Assembly (NCBI GenBank): GCA_951813565.1
Contig: OX638351.1
Span: forward strand, 1,056,001 to 1,120,000
Length of the DNA stretch: 64,000 nucleotides
Direction of reading: 5' to 3'
Source: an uncultured Poribacteria bacterium
GTDB taxonomy: Bacteria; Poribacteria; WGA-4E; WGA-3G
Shown here: piece by piece, positions 30,573 to 41,610 of the stretch
How positions within the stretch are numbered: the stretch's first letter is position 1
Layout: every line of letters begins with the position of its first letter
Made by a program: the position numbers and the translations under genes
The notes under the pieces: generated by a model
The model's input: the letters and a program-made list of their open reading frames with translations, nothing else
The model's database searches: none
Told to the model about the DNA's origin: nothing

Positions 30573-31730
30573 TTAGGGTTTTGTTTCAGGCGGCACTGGT
30601 GGCGTAGGAGCTTTCGTTCCCGGTTCAGATAACCATGCCTCTATTTTGGCAGGCGTTCCAAACTGTTTCAGTAACCAATTGGCTGCATCTTTGTCGTTTT
30701 CAAGCAGATGCAGCATACCCGCATTAGTGCCGTGAAGCGATAGAGTCTCCCTAATAGCAGCTATTCGTGCAGGAGGTAGCGATGGAGATGCCCCTTCAGC
30801 GGGCAACGCCTTCGCCTCTCTATTTTTGTTCAAGAGCGTAGATAGAACATCAACAAGCTCACGCTGTGATTTCGCGTCTTGGGGAGTTTCTGTAGGTATT
30901 TTAGATTCTTGTGTGCCTACTTTGGTAAGAGAGTTTGTAAAATTGGACATGTCTTCAGGGACAGTATACTCAACACCTTCCATCTGTCCTGCAGCAATGA
31001 TTTCCCCTTTCATCCACTCTATTTGCTGACCAATTTTGCCTTGAAATTGTCCCATCGTCCACGCAGTATATTCCTGGTCTGTCGCGAGTTCCATCACGGT
31101 AGCCATCATTACTGTTTCAAAGTCACCGGGTGTTGAAGCAACTAATTCGTGAATTCGTTGTGCCATTTGCTGTTCATAATCCGCAGGTTCACCTTCAGGA
31201 AATTGCCTTCGGAAAACATCCATTGATATTTTAGAGAAATCCACCGTTCCTCCGAATGCAGGACCGAGAATATCATAAAGTTCCTGCATATCCATATCTG
31301 GCATTTTGTCGCCAGGTCCTAAGCCCTCAGAGTTTTCTGAAAACCAATTTTTTGCTGCTTGTTGAGCTTCCTCAAATTTGGCTAATTCTTCTGGACTCAT
31401 GGATGATTTTAGTTTGTCCAAGAGCTTCTGCGCGTTTTCAGCATTTTCAAAACCTTTAAAGTTTTCAAAGTCCTCCGAATTGAGGATTTCTTTGGCTTTC
31501 TCTATATCCATACCGAATATGGACTTTTCTGATCCGGACGTTTGAGATGTTGTTTCAGCAGCAATCGCTACATCTTCGGTTTCAGACACTTCAGTCGGTT
31601 CGGTAATTTCCTGAACCGATTCCGTTTTGATTACCGATTCGGTTTGCGGTTCTGATGATAGTAAAAACGCTACTCCAACGATCAAGATAAAGCATATACC
31701 CATTACAATGGGAAACAAACGATTTTTCAT
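30573..31730 (-). CDS. Hypothetical membrane-anchored protein
   Basis: 385-aa ORF with an N-terminal TM helix and RBS AAGGAG, directly downstream of the ECF gene. Confidence 0.72.
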   Translation of the reverse strand: MKNRLFPIVMGICFILIVGVAFLLSSEPQTESVIKTESVQEITEPTEVSETEDVAIAAETTSQTSGSEKSIFGMDIEKAKEILNSEDFENFKGFENAENAQKLLDKLKSSMSPEELAKFEEAQQAAKNWFSENSEGLGPGDKMPDMDMQELYDILGPAFGGTVDFSKISMDVFRRQFPEGEPADYEQQMAQRIHELVASTPGDFETVMMATVMELATDQEYTAWTMGQFQGKIGQQIEWMKGEIIAAGQMEGVEYTVPEDMSNFTNSLTKVGTQESKIPTETPQDAKSQRELVDVLSTLLNKNREAKALPAEGASPSLPPARIAAIRETLSLHGTNAGMLHLLENDKDAANWLLKQFGTPAKIEAWLSEPGTKAPTPPVPPETKP

Positions 31731-31763
31731 GAGAAATCTCCTTTTTCAGTAAATAGTGTGAAA

Positions 31764-34688
31764 TTACCTATTTTGCTTTTCAATGGGGATATGGAACAAA
31801 CCGCGATTTTCGGTAGCAATATAAAACCGCCTGTTATGGATAACAAGCTTGAGAACCTGATCCGGAATTGCTTGCGAGATGAGTTCCCATTCTCCAAGAT
31901 CATCTAATTGGTATATTCCCGTATCGCAAGCACCATAAAGCTTTGTTCCATCAACAGCAAGACTGTCCATGACAACATTTGCTCCTGCACTATCAATTAT
32001 CACCTGCCACTGTCTTCCGGTTTGTGACGTTAGGACACCTTTGTCAGTTGCGACATAGACTGTTGCATCTGCAAAGACTATCTCTTCAAAATCCTCAAAT
32101 ACAAGGGGAAGGTCGGATGTAATGTCTTTCCAATTTTTTCCACCATCAAATGACTGGAATAGATGACCATCATTTTTTCCAACATAGACAGTTTGACCAG
32201 AAACAGCCAAACCGATTCCTTTGTAGGAAGCAAGTTCGCCTGTATCTAATCCTGTGTCTACCCATTTTAAGTCTTTAGGATTCCATTTGACAAGATGCTC
32301 ATTAAATTCCACGTAAAATGTTTCGCCGCTAACAGCCAATCCACCGATTCTTAGAACACCAAACATATCCAACATATCCAAAATCTTGAGTGCATTATCT
32401 ATTGACGTTTCAGCTTTTTCAATAAGACTATCAGAGGTGTTAGTAGTTTCAACGTCTCCATTTTTTTGACCTAACTCGCTGGATAAGAGATTTGACTCAA
32501 TGGCGGGTATTCCATGAATTGGAACGAAGGCGTCGCCGCTGTCAGATAAACGATAAAGACGGGTGTTACTCACTAAAACACCGAAAACCCCGTAAAGTGA
32601 GTTTTCCGAAACCGTTAACATCGGTTGGAAGAATAAAGTTTCTTTCTCAGAACCGACGCGTACGTTTGACCATGTATCACCACCGTCAGTAGATTGGACA
32701 ATCTCTCTATAAGTGTGCGCGTAGAGTCGGTTTTTGAACGCTACGAAGTTATCAAATTTGCTGCCTACTATTCCTTTCATAAAAGGATGCCATGATTCAC
32801 CAGCATCAATAGAACGTTCAAGTCTGTAAAAACTTTCCTTATAAAACGTATCCTCATTCACTGCCACAGCAAGGGAATCAAGGATTGCATCCGAACCCAA
32901 AGTTCTATCCAACTCTGTCCATGTTTCTCCTCTATCTCTGGAACGGTAGGTATTCCGTCCCATCGCTAAAACCGTCTTGCCAGCAGCCAAAATTTTGACT
33001 CCGGATGGGAAGATCTCAATAAAAGTCTTATTTCTGGGTGTTATTTTTATCCATGAATCTCCTAAATCTTCTGAGCGGAATATCTCCCAACTATTAGAAT
33101 TCTCTTTACGCATCAATTCTCTTACCAACTTTGTTTTTAATTCGGATGTAGTCAGTTCTGAATCGCCAGGTTTCATTCCGACATAGAGCGTGTTTTCAGA
33201 TACAGCCAACGATTTGATTGTTCTGAATTTCCCCACCGATAACTGTTCCCAGGTATCTGTCTTGAGACGGTAGATACCTCGGTTTGTTCCGACGAATACT
33301 GTGTTTCCGATGACAGCCGCTGCAGTGACTTCCCTATCTTTCAATTCATCGTTAAATAATGCCCAATGTTTGCCAGCATCGGTGGATCTGAAAATTTCAT
33401 CGTCCATTACAAGATAAAATGCTTCGTCAGTTGTCAAAAATTCAATAACAGATCCTGTTGGACGAGGTCCAACAGAATCCCAAGTTACGCCACCATCGTT
33501 TGAAGCAAAGGTTTGATCAGTAGAGACGATATAAAGGGTGCCCTCATGTTCTGCCATTGGCATTTCAAAGTAAGTTTCTGTTGGTACAGTGTTGTTGATT
33601 AGTACCCAACCGCTCTCATCTTCTGTCATTTTGTAGATACCTGTAGGCGACACAGCGTAGAGTGATTCTTCGGATGTTAGAAAAATTTCATGTACATTTC
33701 CACCTTGCGGACCTCTTGCCTGAGTCCACTGATGTGTTGTGGCAGAAATCTTGGATGAATCTTCTTGGTTATTTGCTGCTAAAACATCGTCAGATACTTG
33801 TTGACCCGCTCCATTGTTCTTATTTGCCAGAACAGCATTCCCTATCCGGCGCCGTGTATCAGGTTCTGGCTGGATATTGAGGATAATAGAAGTATCAACG
33901 ATTTCAATAGCAGTTTCTGATTGTGCCTCTAAACTGTAAGGTTTCTGAAAATGGTTGAGGAGTTGATTGCTGGCACCCAATAGTAAGATAAAGATAACAG
34001 CGGCTGATCCCAAAGCTGCCCACGGCACCAGAGGTCGTCCACTTGAAGCTGGTGTCGGTGTAATGTGCGTAATCTGTTCCATGATGTTTTCGGTTAAGTT
34101 GGCAGGTAATTGGATGCTGCCAAGCGTTTCCCGAATCATCGATTCTTCTTTCTGCAAACGTTTGCGTGCGCGTCGCAACCGACTCCTAATCGTATTCACG
34201 GATACACCCATAAATTTACTTATCGCTTCAGATGTCATTTCACCGAGATAGTGTAGCGTTACGACTGTGCGTTCGCTCTCCGGTAATTTTTCAAGAAGAT
34301 TTTTAACAAGTTCACGACGGTGTTCCGCTGCAGCCTTCTCACGTTCTTCGGCTACAAAACGTTCATAAGCAGTTTTCTCTAAGGTCTTTGTTTTGGTGGC
34401 TTCTAATGATTGCATAGTTGGTTTCTTCCTTCTGTGCCAGTCTGTACACAGGTTCCTGGCGATTACATAAAGCCATCCGGCAAATTGATTCGGGTTCTTT
34501 AAAGTGGCAAGTTTCTTATATGCCTGCAGGAAGGTATCTTGGGTGATTTCTTCGGCTACCTGAAAATCACCTATTTGTCGCCAAGCAAGCGCATGAACAC
34601 TCTTTTGGTATTTTTGGACTAAATCACTGAAAGCTGAATCGTCACCCGACAAGATGTTGCGAATCAGTTCAACATCGTCTTTTTCCAT
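31764..34688 (-). CDS. ECF sigma-70 factor fused through a transmembrane helix to a BNR/Asp-box beta-propeller
   Basis: AEEITQDTFLQAY...FAGWLY; LHYLGEM...VNTIRSRLRRAR; TM PWAALGSAAVIFILLLG; Asp boxes; RBS GGAGG before 34688. Confidence 0.9.
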   Translation of the reverse strand: MEKDDVELIRNILSGDDSAFSDLVQKYQKSVHALAWRQIGDFQVAEEITQDTFLQAYKKLATLKNPNQFAGWLYVIARNLCTDWHRRKKPTMQSLEATKTKTLEKTAYERFVAEEREKAAAEHRRELVKNLLEKLPESERTVVTLHYLGEMTSEAISKFMGVSVNTIRSRLRRARKRLQKEESMIRETLGSIQLPANLTENIMEQITHITPTPASSGRPLVPWAALGSAAVIFILLLGASNQLLNHFQKPYSLEAQSETAIEIVDTSIILNIQPEPDTRRRIGNAVLANKNNGAGQQVSDDVLAANNQEDSSKISATTHQWTQARGPQGGNVHEIFLTSEESLYAVSPTGIYKMTEDESGWVLINNTVPTETYFEMPMAEHEGTLYIVSTDQTFASNDGGVTWDSVGPRPTGSVIEFLTTDEAFYLVMDDEIFRSTDAGKHWALFNDELKDREVTAAAVIGNTVFVGTNRGIYRLKTDTWEQLSVGKFRTIKSLAVSENTLYVGMKPGDSELTTSELKTKLVRELMRKENSNSWEIFRSEDLGDSWIKITPRNKTFIEIFPSGVKILAAGKTVLAMGRNTYRSRDRGETWTELDRTLGSDAILDSLAVAVNEDTFYKESFYRLERSIDAGESWHPFMKGIVGSKFDNFVAFKNRLYAHTYREIVQSTDGGDTWSNVRVGSEKETLFFQPMLTVSENSLYGVFGVLVSNTRLYRLSDSGDAFVPIHGIPAIESNLLSSELGQKNGDVETTNTSDSLIEKAETSIDNALKILDMLDMFGVLRIGGLAVSGETFYVEFNEHLVKWNPKDLKWVDTGLDTGELASYKGIGLAVSGQTVYVGKNDGHLFQSFDGGKNWKDITSDLPLVFEDFEEIVFADATVYVATDKGVLTSQTGRQWQVIIDSAGANVVMDSLAVDGTKLYGACDTGIYQLDDLGEWELISQAIPDQVLKLVIHNRRFYIATENRGLFHIPIEKQNR

Positions 34689-34790
34689 CGGAGTCCTCCA
34701 CAAAAGATTGGTTTGTGATTATTAGTGACGTAATTCTTTAGTAAAAAAGGTGCATAATTTGAAAAAAAAAATGTAAAATTCTGGATTTTA

Positions 34791-34921
34791 TAGTAAATTA
34801 TGTAAATAAGTTCACATATATTCTGTAGGAGCGATCTCCGAATCGCGACGAAACCACTGTTAGTCGGGAATCGGAGTTCCCTCGGACAGCTCAGATGTCC
34901 AGTTAATTGTAGAATCCACTA
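34791..34921. mobile_element. 131-bp TA-flanked MITE, copy 2 (inverted)
   Basis: Reverse complement of 24663-24793, with TA on both flanks. Confidence 0.85.
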
Positions 34922-35064
34922 TAATTCAAATTTATTCTGCAGTATGCCACAAAATACGAGATTATAGCGTTTCCATTCCGTTCAATCGAACTTTCTAACC
35001 AATGCTCTTAATCAACAAAAATTTACCCTTGACACAGGTTAAAGAAACATATATATTAAACCAC

Positions 35065-35721
35065 ATGATGAAACTCTTATCCATAAATGTTTCAAAGCCG
35101 AAACCTATTGAATATGGTGGTAAAACTATTCAAACGGGGATTTTTAAAGAGCCGGTATCGGGTACGGTGATGCTAAGAAAAAAAAACATTGACGGTGATG
35201 GTCAAGGCGACCTAAAGGTGCATGGCGGCACCTATAAAGCGATCTACGGCTATCCGATTGAACATTATTCTCACTGGCAGCAGGAATTAAACAGAGATGA
35301 TTTGTCGCATGGGCAATTCGGTGAAAATCTGACTGTTGAAGGCATGCTGGAGGAAGAGGTCCATATCGGGGATGTCTTTCAAATAGGCACAACAGTCCAA
35401 CTACAAATTACACAACCGCGTGTCCCTTGTTTCAAATTAGCATATAAAATGGGATTACCAGAATTCCCAAAGCAATTTTTGGAGAGTCGACGCGTTGGTT
35501 TTTATTTTAGAGTGCTTGCAGAAGGTGAGATTACCGCTGGTGATGCAATTTCACGTATTGAGATCGCATCGGAACAGATGAGTGTCACAGAGATTCTTAA
35601 CCTACGTTATTTTGAGACAAATAACCACGAAAAGATGGCAAAAGCGAGGAAACTATCTGCCCTCTCACCGAGTTGGAAAAAGGACTTTATCCGTATCTTA
35701 CAAACGAAAAACCTGATTTAG
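35065..35721 (+). CDS. MOSC-domain protein (YiiM-like)
   Basis: [48 protein letters not shown]-17-TATATT upstream. Confidence 0.9.
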   Translation: MMKLLSINVSKPKPIEYGGKTIQTGIFKEPVSGTVMLRKKNIDGDGQGDLKVHGGTYKAIYGYPIEHYSHWQQELNRDDLSHGQFGENLTVEGMLEEEVHIGDVFQIGTTVQLQITQPRVPCFKLAYKMGLPEFPKQFLESRRVGFYFRVLAEGEITAGDAISRIEIASEQMSVTEILNLRYFETNNHEKMAKARKLSALSPSWKKDFIRILQTKNLI

Positions 35722-35725
35722 AAAA

Positions 35726-36457
35726 ATGAATATATTCAAAGCAAATACTAAAAAGGAAACAAGTGAAGCAGCGGCAAACGCTGCAAGTACAAAACTGCGA
35801 GAAGCGATTACTATCAATGGACATGCTCGTTTTATCGTTGCAACGGGGGCATCACAATTCGATTTTCTCAATACATTGACTGCTGACACTGCAATTGATT
35901 GGACGAAGACGACGATGTTTCATCTGGATGAGTACATCGGAATTTCAGATTCGCATCCCGCCAGTTTCCGCAAATATCTACAGGAGCGGTTAGTGGATAT
36001 AGTGCAACCAGCAACAGTGCATTTTCTAAACGGTGAAACAGACAATCCGCAATCTGAATGTGACAGGCTCAATGAGATTATTTCACAACACCAAATTGAT
36101 GTGGCATTTGTCGGTATCGGTGAAAATGGACATCTTGCGTTTAACGATCCACCCGCTGACTTTGAGACAGAATATCCTTATATTGTCGTTGAATTAGATG
36201 AGGCGTGTCGTCTTCAGCAGGTCGGCGAAGGATGGTTCAATGGGTTAGATGATGTGCCGACTCATGCGATCTCAATGTCTATTTGCGAAATAATGAAGGC
36301 GAAAACGATTATTTGCACAGTGCCAGATGAACGAAAAGCGGAGGCGGTGCAGAATTGCTTACAAGGTGAAATAACACCGATGCACCCCGCCTCTATTTTG
36401 CAAAAACATCCGGATTGCACAGTATATCTGGATTCAGGTTCAGCATCTCTGATTTGA
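35726..36457 (+). CDS. Glucosamine-6-phosphate deaminase-like protein (NagB family)
   Basis: [34 protein letters not shown]. Confidence 0.88.
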   Translation: MNIFKANTKKETSEAAANAASTKLREAITINGHARFIVATGASQFDFLNTLTADTAIDWTKTTMFHLDEYIGISDSHPASFRKYLQERLVDIVQPATVHFLNGETDNPQSECDRLNEIISQHQIDVAFVGIGENGHLAFNDPPADFETEYPYIVVELDEACRLQQVGEGWFNGLDDVPTHAISMSICEIMKAKTIICTVPDERKAEAVQNCLQGEITPMHPASILQKHPDCTVYLDSGSASLI

Positions 36458-36496
36458 TGATGGATATTTGTTGATTTGTGGAAATGGAGAGTGTTA

Positions 36497-37555
36497 ATGA
36501 AAGATAAAGTCAAGGTTGGAATCATTGGTGTTGGCGGAACGATCAGCAGTACAACAGTGATTCTCAACGGGGAACCAAATGTCCAACTCGTCGCCTTAGC
36601 AGATATGGACGTTAATCGTAGAAAAAGAGTCTTGGGTGATATCAAAGGTGTTCGCGTTTTCGACGATTATCGGCAGATGTTTGATGCATGCGATTTAGAT
36701 GCTGTCTGCATTGGACTTCCGACATGGATGCACGCTTCTGTTTCACAGGAAGCGATAGAGCGTGGGATGCATGTGCTCTGCGAAAAACCACCGTCAAATG
36801 ATGCAGCAGAACTGATACCGGTCACACACCTTGCTGCAAGCAAGGGCTTAACCTATATGTTTGTTCGTCAATCGCGTTTTACGTCCCGGTTAATGGAAGG
36901 TCGTAGGCTTGTGCAAGCGGGGGAACTTGGTGATGTATATTATGCTGAAACTCGGTGGATACGGACACGATGGTGTTCCGCACGCGGGTGGCGGCATGAT
37001 AAAGCAAAGGGCGGAGGCGTCCTACTTGATCTCGGTATCCACGCGATTGACAATGTCTGGTTTATGATGGGTTGTCCGCGTCCGACAGAAGTTATGGCGG
37101 GGTTATACTGTACATTCTCTCACCTCGCTCCTCCTGAGCAGACCTACACTGCAGACGATGCCGCGTGTGGGTTTGTCCGATTTGGGAACGGATGTACCTT
37201 ACATTTTGCTGTTGCATTTTCACTGAATACGACGAACCGACACACGCCAGCAGCCGATAACGACCTCGTCAAAAGTGAGATTCAGGAGTTTCACCTTTAC
37301 GGTACAAAGGCAGGACTTGAAAATGGGAAATTACTAGTAGGGACTCCTGATGGTGTTAAGGTCAAACCGATGAAACCAGCACCACAAAAAGCTGATGAGA
37401 TAACACTTCAGGCGAGAGAGTTCATACGAGCAATCAGAGAAGAGGATGAGTCGCTCAATTCAGGTTCGCAAGCAGTGATGCTCATGCAGATGCTTGATGC
37501 TGCGATGAAATCCAGTGAGATTGGCAGTGCCGTTGCGATTCAGCCAATTGCATAA
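36497..37555 (+). CDS. Gfo/Idh/MocA oxidoreductase
   Basis: GIIGVG, HVLCEKP, GGGVLLDLGIH. Confidence 0.9.
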   Translation: MKDKVKVGIIGVGGTISSTTVILNGEPNVQLVALADMDVNRRKRVLGDIKGVRVFDDYRQMFDACDLDAVCIGLPTWMHASVSQEAIERGMHVLCEKPPSNDAAELIPVTHLAASKGLTYMFVRQSRFTSRLMEGRRLVQAGELGDVYYAETRWIRTRWCSARGWRHDKAKGGGVLLDLGIHAIDNVWFMMGCPRPTEVMAGLYCTFSHLAPPEQTYTADDAACGFVRFGNGCTLHFAVAFSLNTTNRHTPAADNDLVKSEIQEFHLYGTKAGLENGKLLVGTPDGVKVKPMKPAPQKADEITLQAREFIRAIREEDESLNSGSQAVMLMQMLDAAMKSSEIGSAVAIQPIA

Positions 37556-37569
37556 GTTCAAAAAGGAGA

Positions 37570-38457
37570 ATGGCAATGACTATACAGCACGATCAAAATG
37601 GACTCACAGCACAACAAAAACAACAATTTTATGACGATGGATTTTTGCATGTCCGAAATTTACTGCCTAATGAGGCACTTCAACCTTTGAGAGATGAATT
37701 AGATAAAAAGGTTGATGAGGGCACGCAGGCAGCAGTAAAAGCGGGTATCCTTGATCCATCAAATACGTATGATGATGAACCATTTGAGACGCGATTAGGT
37801 TTGGTATCCAGTGCCTGTTCCGATCCGAATTGGATTTGGCGGAACAATTTCAGCAATCAGAAAATACGTACCGCTGGCATGTTTACGCTTAGAACAGCAC
37901 CAGAATTGCTTGATGTTGTTGGTTCACTTATTAGTCAGGAAATTTTTGCCCATCCCCAGTTTAACTATCGTGCGAAACTGCCAAATCAGGATATAACTGT
38001 TATTCCGTGGCACCAAGATTTAGCGTATCTTATCCCTGAAGAAGCAGGAGAAACGTTGGTTGCGAACGTCTGGCTTCCGTTGGTTAGAGCATACAAAGAG
38101 AACGGATGTATGCAAGTTATCCGAGGTTCACATCGCTTCAATCTAATTAACCATAACTATCAAGATCCGACACCGGGTCATACAGGCGGTAAAGGTATTA
38201 GTGAAGCGGAATTACCACCCGGCGACATCGTTACTGCTGAACTTGATGTCGGTGACATTTTACTAACAAGTGAGCGGGTGGTCCACCGCGGGCTACCGAA
38301 CCGTGGGAAGACGGTCAGATGGAGTGTTGATACGCGCTATAGCCAAATTGGTTTGCCCACTGGGCGTGCAAATGTGCCAGGGTTTGTTGCTCGGAGTCAG
38401 AAAAATCCTGAGAGCGTTGCCAAATCTCATCATGACTGGAATCGGCAATTTGTATAG
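37570..38457 (+). CDS. Phytanoyl-CoA dioxygenase (PhyH) family protein
   Basis: PWHQD, NGCMQVIRGSH, HRGLPN, RWSVDTRY. Confidence 0.9.
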   Translation: MAMTIQHDQNGLTAQQKQQFYDDGFLHVRNLLPNEALQPLRDELDKKVDEGTQAAVKAGILDPSNTYDDEPFETRLGLVSSACSDPNWIWRNNFSNQKIRTAGMFTLRTAPELLDVVGSLISQEIFAHPQFNYRAKLPNQDITVIPWHQDLAYLIPEEAGETLVANVWLPLVRAYKENGCMQVIRGSHRFNLINHNYQDPTPGHTGGKGISEAELPPGDIVTAELDVGDILLTSERVVHRGLPNRGKTVRWSVDTRYSQIGLPTGRANVPGFVARSQKNPESVAKSHHDWNRQFV

Positions 38458-38493
38458 GTCTGCTCGCAACAGAATAGCTGCACAAAATAATAT

Positions 38494-38630
38494 TAGAGCG
38501 TATCTCATAAATCATTTGTAGAGCGAGGTCCCGGGAATGCCTTATGGCATTCCCCGGGACCCCGCCCTACAGTAGGAAACGCCGCATAATCATTGCAAAT
38601 TGAACCTATGTAACCAAATATTTACACACC
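38494..38630. repeat. Composite intergenic repeat
   Basis: 38494-38535 matches 27034-27075; 38561-38630 is the reverse complement of about 49213-49281; GGGAATGCCTTATGGCATTCCC hairpin in the middle. Confidence 0.75.
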
Positions 38631-38717
38631 TTTTCTCAAAAAAAAACACTTGACACATTTTTACTTCTATGATATGTTTAAAATTGCTAACATACTATAT
38701 TATAGGAGGCATTTTGA

Positions 38718-39467
38718 ATGTATCGTATTATATTTTTACTTCTCATTACCGGATTGCTGGTGATACCTTTCCACGCTGAAGCATTTAACTTAAAGGATAA
38801 GGAACTGCTACTTTACTTTTCCTTTGATGACAAAGGAGATGTAGTAGAGGATTTATCGCCACATGGAAACGATGGCGAAATCGTCGGAGGCGCCGAATTT
38901 GTTGATGGTAAAGTGGGACAGGCTTTAAAGTTCAGCCAAAATGCAGAGGTTAAGGCACCCCATATTCCACTGAACGACAAGAGTTTTACGGTGACATTAT
39001 GGGCAAAGCCTGCATTGTCTGGTGGTGACCAACAGTGTGTCTTTTCACAGACACAAGTCAATGCTGGCAACACAAGTCTACACTACCGTATTTACAACAA
39101 TGGCACTGTCCGCATGGGATTTTATGGCAATGACCTTGACGCTGCCGCTGCAGTTAAAGCAGACGAGTGGGCACATATCTGTTTCTGGTTAGATGCAGAT
39201 GAGAAAACCCGAAGGATCTATATTAACGGCGAGCAGAAGGCAGAAGATAAGGACAAATCTCTCTACAAGGGGACGGCTGGAGATACTATGGTAGGATCAT
39301 GGGGGGCAACCGGTCAAAAGTTCAACGGTCTCATTGACGAAGTTATGGTATGGGAACGTGCTTTGACAGAAGCCGAAATTGAGCAGAGCATGGAACCTGG
39401 TGCAGCTGCTGTTGATCCCAACGATAAACTCGCAACCACATGGGGAAATGTGAAAGCCTCTCAGTAG
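38718..39467 (+). CDS. Exported LamG/concanavalin-like domain protein
   Basis: Signal peptide; LYFSFD..G..VEDLS..GNDG, GKVGQALKF, FNGLIDEV..W.RALT..EI; tail AVDPNDKLATTWGNVK. Confidence 0.88.
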   Translation: MYRIIFLLLITGLLVIPFHAEAFNLKDKELLLYFSFDDKGDVVEDLSPHGNDGEIVGGAEFVDGKVGQALKFSQNAEVKAPHIPLNDKSFTVTLWAKPALSGGDQQCVFSQTQVNAGNTSLHYRIYNNGTVRMGFYGNDLDAAAAVKADEWAHICFWLDADEKTRRIYINGEQKAEDKDKSLYKGTAGDTMVGSWGATGQKFNGLIDEVMVWERALTEAEIEQSMEPGAAAVDPNDKLATTWGNVKASQ

Positions 39468-39560
39468 ATTTTACTTTTTTTTGATGAAATTATATAGGCG
39501 CGGTTACACACCGCGCCTATATTGCTTTTGGTTAGAGATTCGGGAAAACTTGCTGATTTC

Positions 39561-40613
39561 CTATATCGAACCGTCTCCAAACTTCTTCTGAAACAGCGAC
39601 ACAGTATCGTGATCAGGATGATTCGGTAGTTCTGCGGGCGACTCCCAGTCTTCGGCAACATCAGTAAGTTTCACAGGTTTCCCATCGTTTTCTAAAATTG
39701 ACTTCCAACCTGCAAGGAAGACGTTGGTCTTATGCATTATCTGCCCATAAGTCTGTGACATTTCGTTGTGCAGTGCCATGTTTTGGAATGCCCAAATTGT
39801 CGGCATCCAAATTTCCGTTTTATCAAACGGATAACCGGTACCGGTATGGATTCTAAAATTCTCGCCTCCGTAAGCTTCACGCGTGTGAATCTGCACTGTC
39901 CCCCATGAACCGCTCACCTGATGGAGCGTCCCATAGAATTGATGTCCCTCACCATTAACGTGCTCAAGTGTAATGACGCCGGGAGGACTATGCCAACTAT
40001 CCGCCTGATATGCAACTGACACAACAGGATTTCCTGCCTCTACGATTGCCTTGCACACCATATAAACACCGTGAATTCCGTGTGTAGGATAGTCATCAAA
40101 CGAGTTGGTAGCCGTGTAACAGACGATTTGCTTGTCACTTGCCCATGCCTTCGCCCGTGAGATCGGATCGTTATGTTCGTGGCTTGATGGGACGAGGATT
40201 GTGGCACCGTGTTTTTCTGCCAACTCTACCATTTTCCGTGCTTTCGCCAGGGAATTGGCAAACGGACGATTGATTAGGTTCGGCAAACCCGCTTCAAGAT
40301 AGGGTTCATGCAGGATATGATTCCATGGGTGGTTATAGTATCCGCCAGAAATTATGCCATCCACTTTTCCTAACATGTCATCAAAATTCTTGACGACTTC
40401 GCAACCGTAAGATTCTGCGATTGCTTTTGCTTTCTCATATTCTATATCCCAACAGTGTGTGATGTGCATTCCAGTAAAAGGCGTATCTTTCTGACCGACG
40501 CGCGGGTTAATGTGCGGTGCCCACAACGGCATGTGCGAATAAGAATCGACATTCAAAAATCCGACGCGGAAAGGTTCATAATCGTGGCGGCGAGTGTCAC
40601 TTGATGCTTTCAT
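39561..40613 (-). CDS. Divergent Gfo/Idh/MocA-like oxidoreductase
   Basis: FRVGFLNVDSYSH, LINRPFANSL (in place of EKP), YPTHGIH; RBS AAGGAG. Confidence 0.65.
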   Translation of the reverse strand: MKASSDTRRHDYEPFRVGFLNVDSYSHMPLWAPHINPRVGQKDTPFTGMHITHCWDIEYEKAKAIAESYGCEVVKNFDDMLGKVDGIISGGYYNHPWNHILHEPYLEAGLPNLINRPFANSLAKARKMVELAEKHGATILVPSSHEHNDPISRAKAWASDKQIVCYTATNSFDDYPTHGIHGVYMVCKAIVEAGNPVVSVAYQADSWHSPPGVITLEHVNGEGHQFYGTLHQVSGSWGTVQIHTREAYGGENFRIHTGTGYPFDKTEIWMPTIWAFQNMALHNEMSQTYGQIMHKTNVFLAGWKSILENDGKPVKLTDVAEDWESPAELPNHPDHDTVSLFQKKFGDGSI

Positions 40614-40718
40614 GTCAGTCTCCTTTTCAGGTCTTCCCAAAGTTATTCTCTGCAAAATAGGTTACCAAATGCCCACAAAAATTGGGTATAATATATAGGA
40701 CTTTACCCGAAATGTCAA

Positions 40719-41606
40719 ATGTTTTACAAATCATTCCGTTTTATGAAAGGAAAACTGGTGGAAGCACCAATATATGGATTAACCGTCCGCGGTGTCACAA
40801 AACATTTTCACAAAACTAAAAAATCAGACGAAAAACTGCGTTTTTATCAAAATATTCGCCAATTATTCAAGCGCGAAAAAGAGACGATTCGTGCTGTTGA
40901 TGGAATTTCACTGGATGTTAGTATCGGTGAAATATACGGCATTTTAGGCGCGAACGGCTCAGGAAAATCAACCCTTATCCGTCTTATCTCAACGCTTCTC
41001 TTACCAGATGCGGGGAGTATTCACGTTTTTGGGGATGATGTCGTTACAAATAGTATGAAGGTAAGACGTGTGATGAACCGTGTTTCTGTTGAAGCTTCAT
41101 TTTTTAAACGGCTTTCTTCAGCAGAAAATCTTATTTACGCGGCTCGACTTTACGGTATCTCAGCGGCAGAAGCATCTAAAAGAGCACGCAATATTTTGGA
41201 AAGACTCGGTTTTGAAGCGAAGCGGATGGACGAAGAGATGGAACAACTCTCGCGCGGAATGCAACAGAAAGTCGCGATTGCGCGTGCGCTTTTAACTACG
41301 CCTATGCTTCTGCTACTTGATGAGCCGACAACAGGACTTGATCCGAAATCGAAACGGGATGTGCAAGCCTTCATTGAGGAGATTCGTGATGATCGGAATG
41401 CTGTTATTGTACTAACAACACATGATATGGCAGAAGCAGAAAGGTTGTGTGATAGGATCGCTATCATTGACAACGGTAAGTTTATCGCCGAAGGTACTGT
41501 AAAAGAGCTCATCGCTAAGGTCCCACCGAAAGACAATACACCACTGACTTTAGAAGATGTCTTCATTGCATTGACAGGAAAAAATTTAGAAGAGGGAGAA
41601 GAATAA
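40719..41606 (+). CDS. ABC transporter ATP-binding protein
   Basis: GANGSGKST, LSRGMQQK, LLLDEPTTGLD, TTH; start may be 40743. Confidence 0.93.
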   Translation: MFYKSFRFMKGKLVEAPIYGLTVRGVTKHFHKTKKSDEKLRFYQNIRQLFKREKETIRAVDGISLDVSIGEIYGILGANGSGKSTLIRLISTLLLPDAGSIHVFGDDVVTNSMKVRRVMNRVSVEASFFKRLSSAENLIYAARLYGISAAEASKRARNILERLGFEAKRMDEEMEQLSRGMQQKVAIARALLTTPMLLLLDEPTTGLDPKSKRDVQAFIEEIRDDRNAVIVLTTHDMAEAERLCDRIAIIDNGKFIAEGTVKELIAKVPPKDNTPLTLEDVFIALTGKNLEEGEE

Positions 41607-41610
41607 ACCG

